Origin: Candidatus Krumholzibacteriia bacterium
GTDB lineage: Bacteria; Krumholzibacteriota; Krumholzibacteriia; LZORAL124-64-63
Direction: 5' to 3'
Assembly: GCA_050174015.1 (NCBI GenBank)
Contig: JBFXKG010000005.1
Span: 163,928 to 227,927, forward strand
DNA length: 64,000 bases
Made by a program: the position numbers and the translations under genes. Numbering within the stretch: position 1 is the first letter of the stretch; every line of letters starts with the position of its first letter. Below the pieces are notes generated by a model. It was not told the origin of the DNA and did no database searches. It was given only the letters and a program-made list of their open reading frames with translations. Of this stretch, positions 62,588-64,000 are shown in pieces.

Positions 62588-64000
62588 GCATCCGCCCTTC
62601 CCTTCTCGTCCTCTTGACCGTCTGGGCCGGGGCTTCCGGCGCCGGGGGAGCCGAGAGCGTCAATCCGCACGGATCGATGTCCCTGGAATGTTCGGCCTGC
62701 CACACCGAGGAATCCTGGCGGGTGACCCGCGCCCCGGAGGGTTTCGACCACGCCGGGACAGGATTCGCCCTGGAGGGTCTGCACGGCCACGTGGAATGCC
62801 GGGATTGCCACCAGGATCTCCGTTTCGCCTTCGTGGGCATCCGGTGCGCCGACTGCCATGACGACTTCCACAAGGGCCGGCTGGGGCCGGCCTGCGAGGA
62901 GTGCCACACGCCCGACGGCTGGACCGACCGCGACGAACTGGTCCGTCGCCACGACGCGACGCCGCTGCCCCTGGTGGGAGCCCATGCCCGTCTGGACTGC
63001 GAGGCCTGCCACGTCGGGGCAGTCGCCTCCGATTACGCGGGGACGCCCTCGGACTGCTTCCAGTGCCATGCCGCCCAGTACGAGGCCACCACCAATCCGC
63101 CCCATGCCGCTGCGGGCCTGGGAACCGATTGCGTCCGGTGCCATGGCGTGTTCGCCGCGACCTGGGGGCCCGGGGACTTCGTCCATTCCCCGGCGTTTCC
63201 CCTGGAAGGCGGCCATGCCGGTCTGGAATGCATGAGTTGCCACACCACCGATTTTTCGGCGCTGCCCCTGGATTGCGCCTCCTGCCACCTGGAGGACTTC
63301 AACGATACCGACGATCCGGACCACGAGGTGGGGGGATTCCCCCAGGAATGCACGCAGTGCCACTCGACCCAGGCCTGGCAGCCTGCCTCCTTCGACCATG
63401 ACCTGACCTCCTTCCCCCTGACGGGCGAACATGTGGAGGTGGACTGCGCGAGCTGCCACACGAGCGGCTACACGGGCACCCCGACCGCCTGCGAGTCCTG
63501 CCACCTCGACGACTACAACGGGACCACCGACCCCGATCATGCCGGCAGCAGCTTCCCCCTGGACTGCGCGCAGTGCCATGCGACCACCGGCTGGGAGGGC
63601 GCGGGGATCGACCACGATCAGACCGCGTTCCCATTGACCGGGGAACACGTCACCGTGGACTGCGCGAGCTGCCACACGAGCGGCTACACGGGCACCCCGA
63701 CCGCCTGCGAGTCCTGCCACCTCGACGACTACAACGGGACCACCGACCCCGATCATGCCGGATCCGCGTTCCCCCTGGACTGCGCCCAGTGCCATGCGAC
63801 CACCGGCTGGGAGGGCGCCCAGATCGACCACGACCAGACGGCGTTCCCCCTGACGGGCGAACACGTCACCGTGGACTGCGCGAGCTGTCACACCGCCGGC
63901 TACACGGGTACGCCGACCGCCTGCGAATCCTGCCACCTCGACGACTACAACGGGACCACGGACCCCGATCATGCCGGCAGCGGCTTCCCCCTGGACTGCG
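62584..64000 (+). CDS. Exported multiheme c-type cytochrome, >=18 CxxCH, truncated by the window end; absent from the ORF track
   Basis: ATGA overlap with the previous gene; MSIRPSLLVLLTVWAG...NPHGSMSLECSACH; open to 64000. Confidence 0.92.
   Translation, partial: MSIRPSLLVLLTVWAGASGAGGAESVNPHGSMSLECSACHTEESWRVTRAPEGFDHAGTGFALEGLHGHVECRDCHQDLRFAFVGIRCADCHDDFHKGRLGPACEECHTPDGWTDRDELVRRHDATPLPLVGAHARLDCEACHVGAVASDYAGTPSDCFQCHAAQYEATTNPPHAAAGLGTDCVRCHGVFAATWGPGDFVHSPAFPLEGGHAGLECMSCHTTDFSALPLDCASCHLEDFNDTDDPDHEVGGFPQECTQCHSTQAWQPASFDHDLTSFPLTGEHVEVDCASCHTSGYTGTPTACESCHLDDYNGTTDPDHAGSSFPLDCAQCHATTGWEGAGIDHDQTAFPLTGEHVTVDCASCHTSGYTGTPTACESCHLDDYNGTTDPDHAGSAFPLDCAQCHATTGWEGAQIDHDQTAFPLTGEHVTVDCASCHTAGYTGTPTACESCHLDDYNGTTDPDHAGSGFPLDC
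63397..64000 (+). repeat. In-frame 216-nt (72-aa) tandem repeat, about 2.8 copies visible, 3 hemes per unit
   Basis: tgcgcgagctg recurs at 63445, 63661 and 63877; unit DHDQTAFPLTGEHVTVDCASCHTSGYTGTPTACESCHLDDYNGTTDPDHAGS.FPLDCAQCHATTGWEGA. Confidence 0.93.

Noticed and set aside
62476..63972. Repetitive minus-strand ORF (and 60803-62551)
   Set aside because: Antisense shadow of the cytochrome genes; the plus frame carries the CxxCH motifs.
63397..64000. Repeats as a CRISPR array
   Set aside because: These are 216-nt in-frame coding units with no unique spacers, and there are no cas genes.

Overview
A 64-kb, high-GC bacterial chromosome segment with about 50 genes. I see no rRNA, tRNA, CRISPR array or mobile element. 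An FlgD-Ig tail, a C-terminal WGGIKSLFR motif and a fused CcoNO suggest an FCB-related lineage such as Krumholzibacteriota/Latescibacterota (inference). Recognisable content, in order: an M43 metalloprotease; an acetate cluster (ppa, DUF4212-ActP, DUF294 nucleotidyltransferase, DEDDh exonuclease, acs) with two hybrid kinases; cheW-MCP under a sigma28-like promoter; SulP; a complete cbb3 oxidase operon; an SxtJ/I/K-like carbamoyltransferase module; a DUF2892-TolC-MFP-RND efflux operon; ispH; ArsR; an Mre11/SMC-like pair; HDOD; a selenocysteine-containing SelD; glnS; and the start of a large multiheme cytochrome operon. Three candidates stand out. (1) A Cys-rich, Pro-tailed leader peptide whose last codons pair with the RBS of a secreted metallothionein-like protein, suggesting a metal-sensing ribosome-stalling switch. 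(2) An unannotated ~118-nt three-hairpin sRNA with its own promoter and terminator, whose C-rich loop is complementary to leaders elsewhere in the window. (3) A 20-heme plus >=18-heme cytochrome pair, the second built from near-identical 216-nt tri-heme tandem repeats. All calls come from reading the sequence; no database searches were run.
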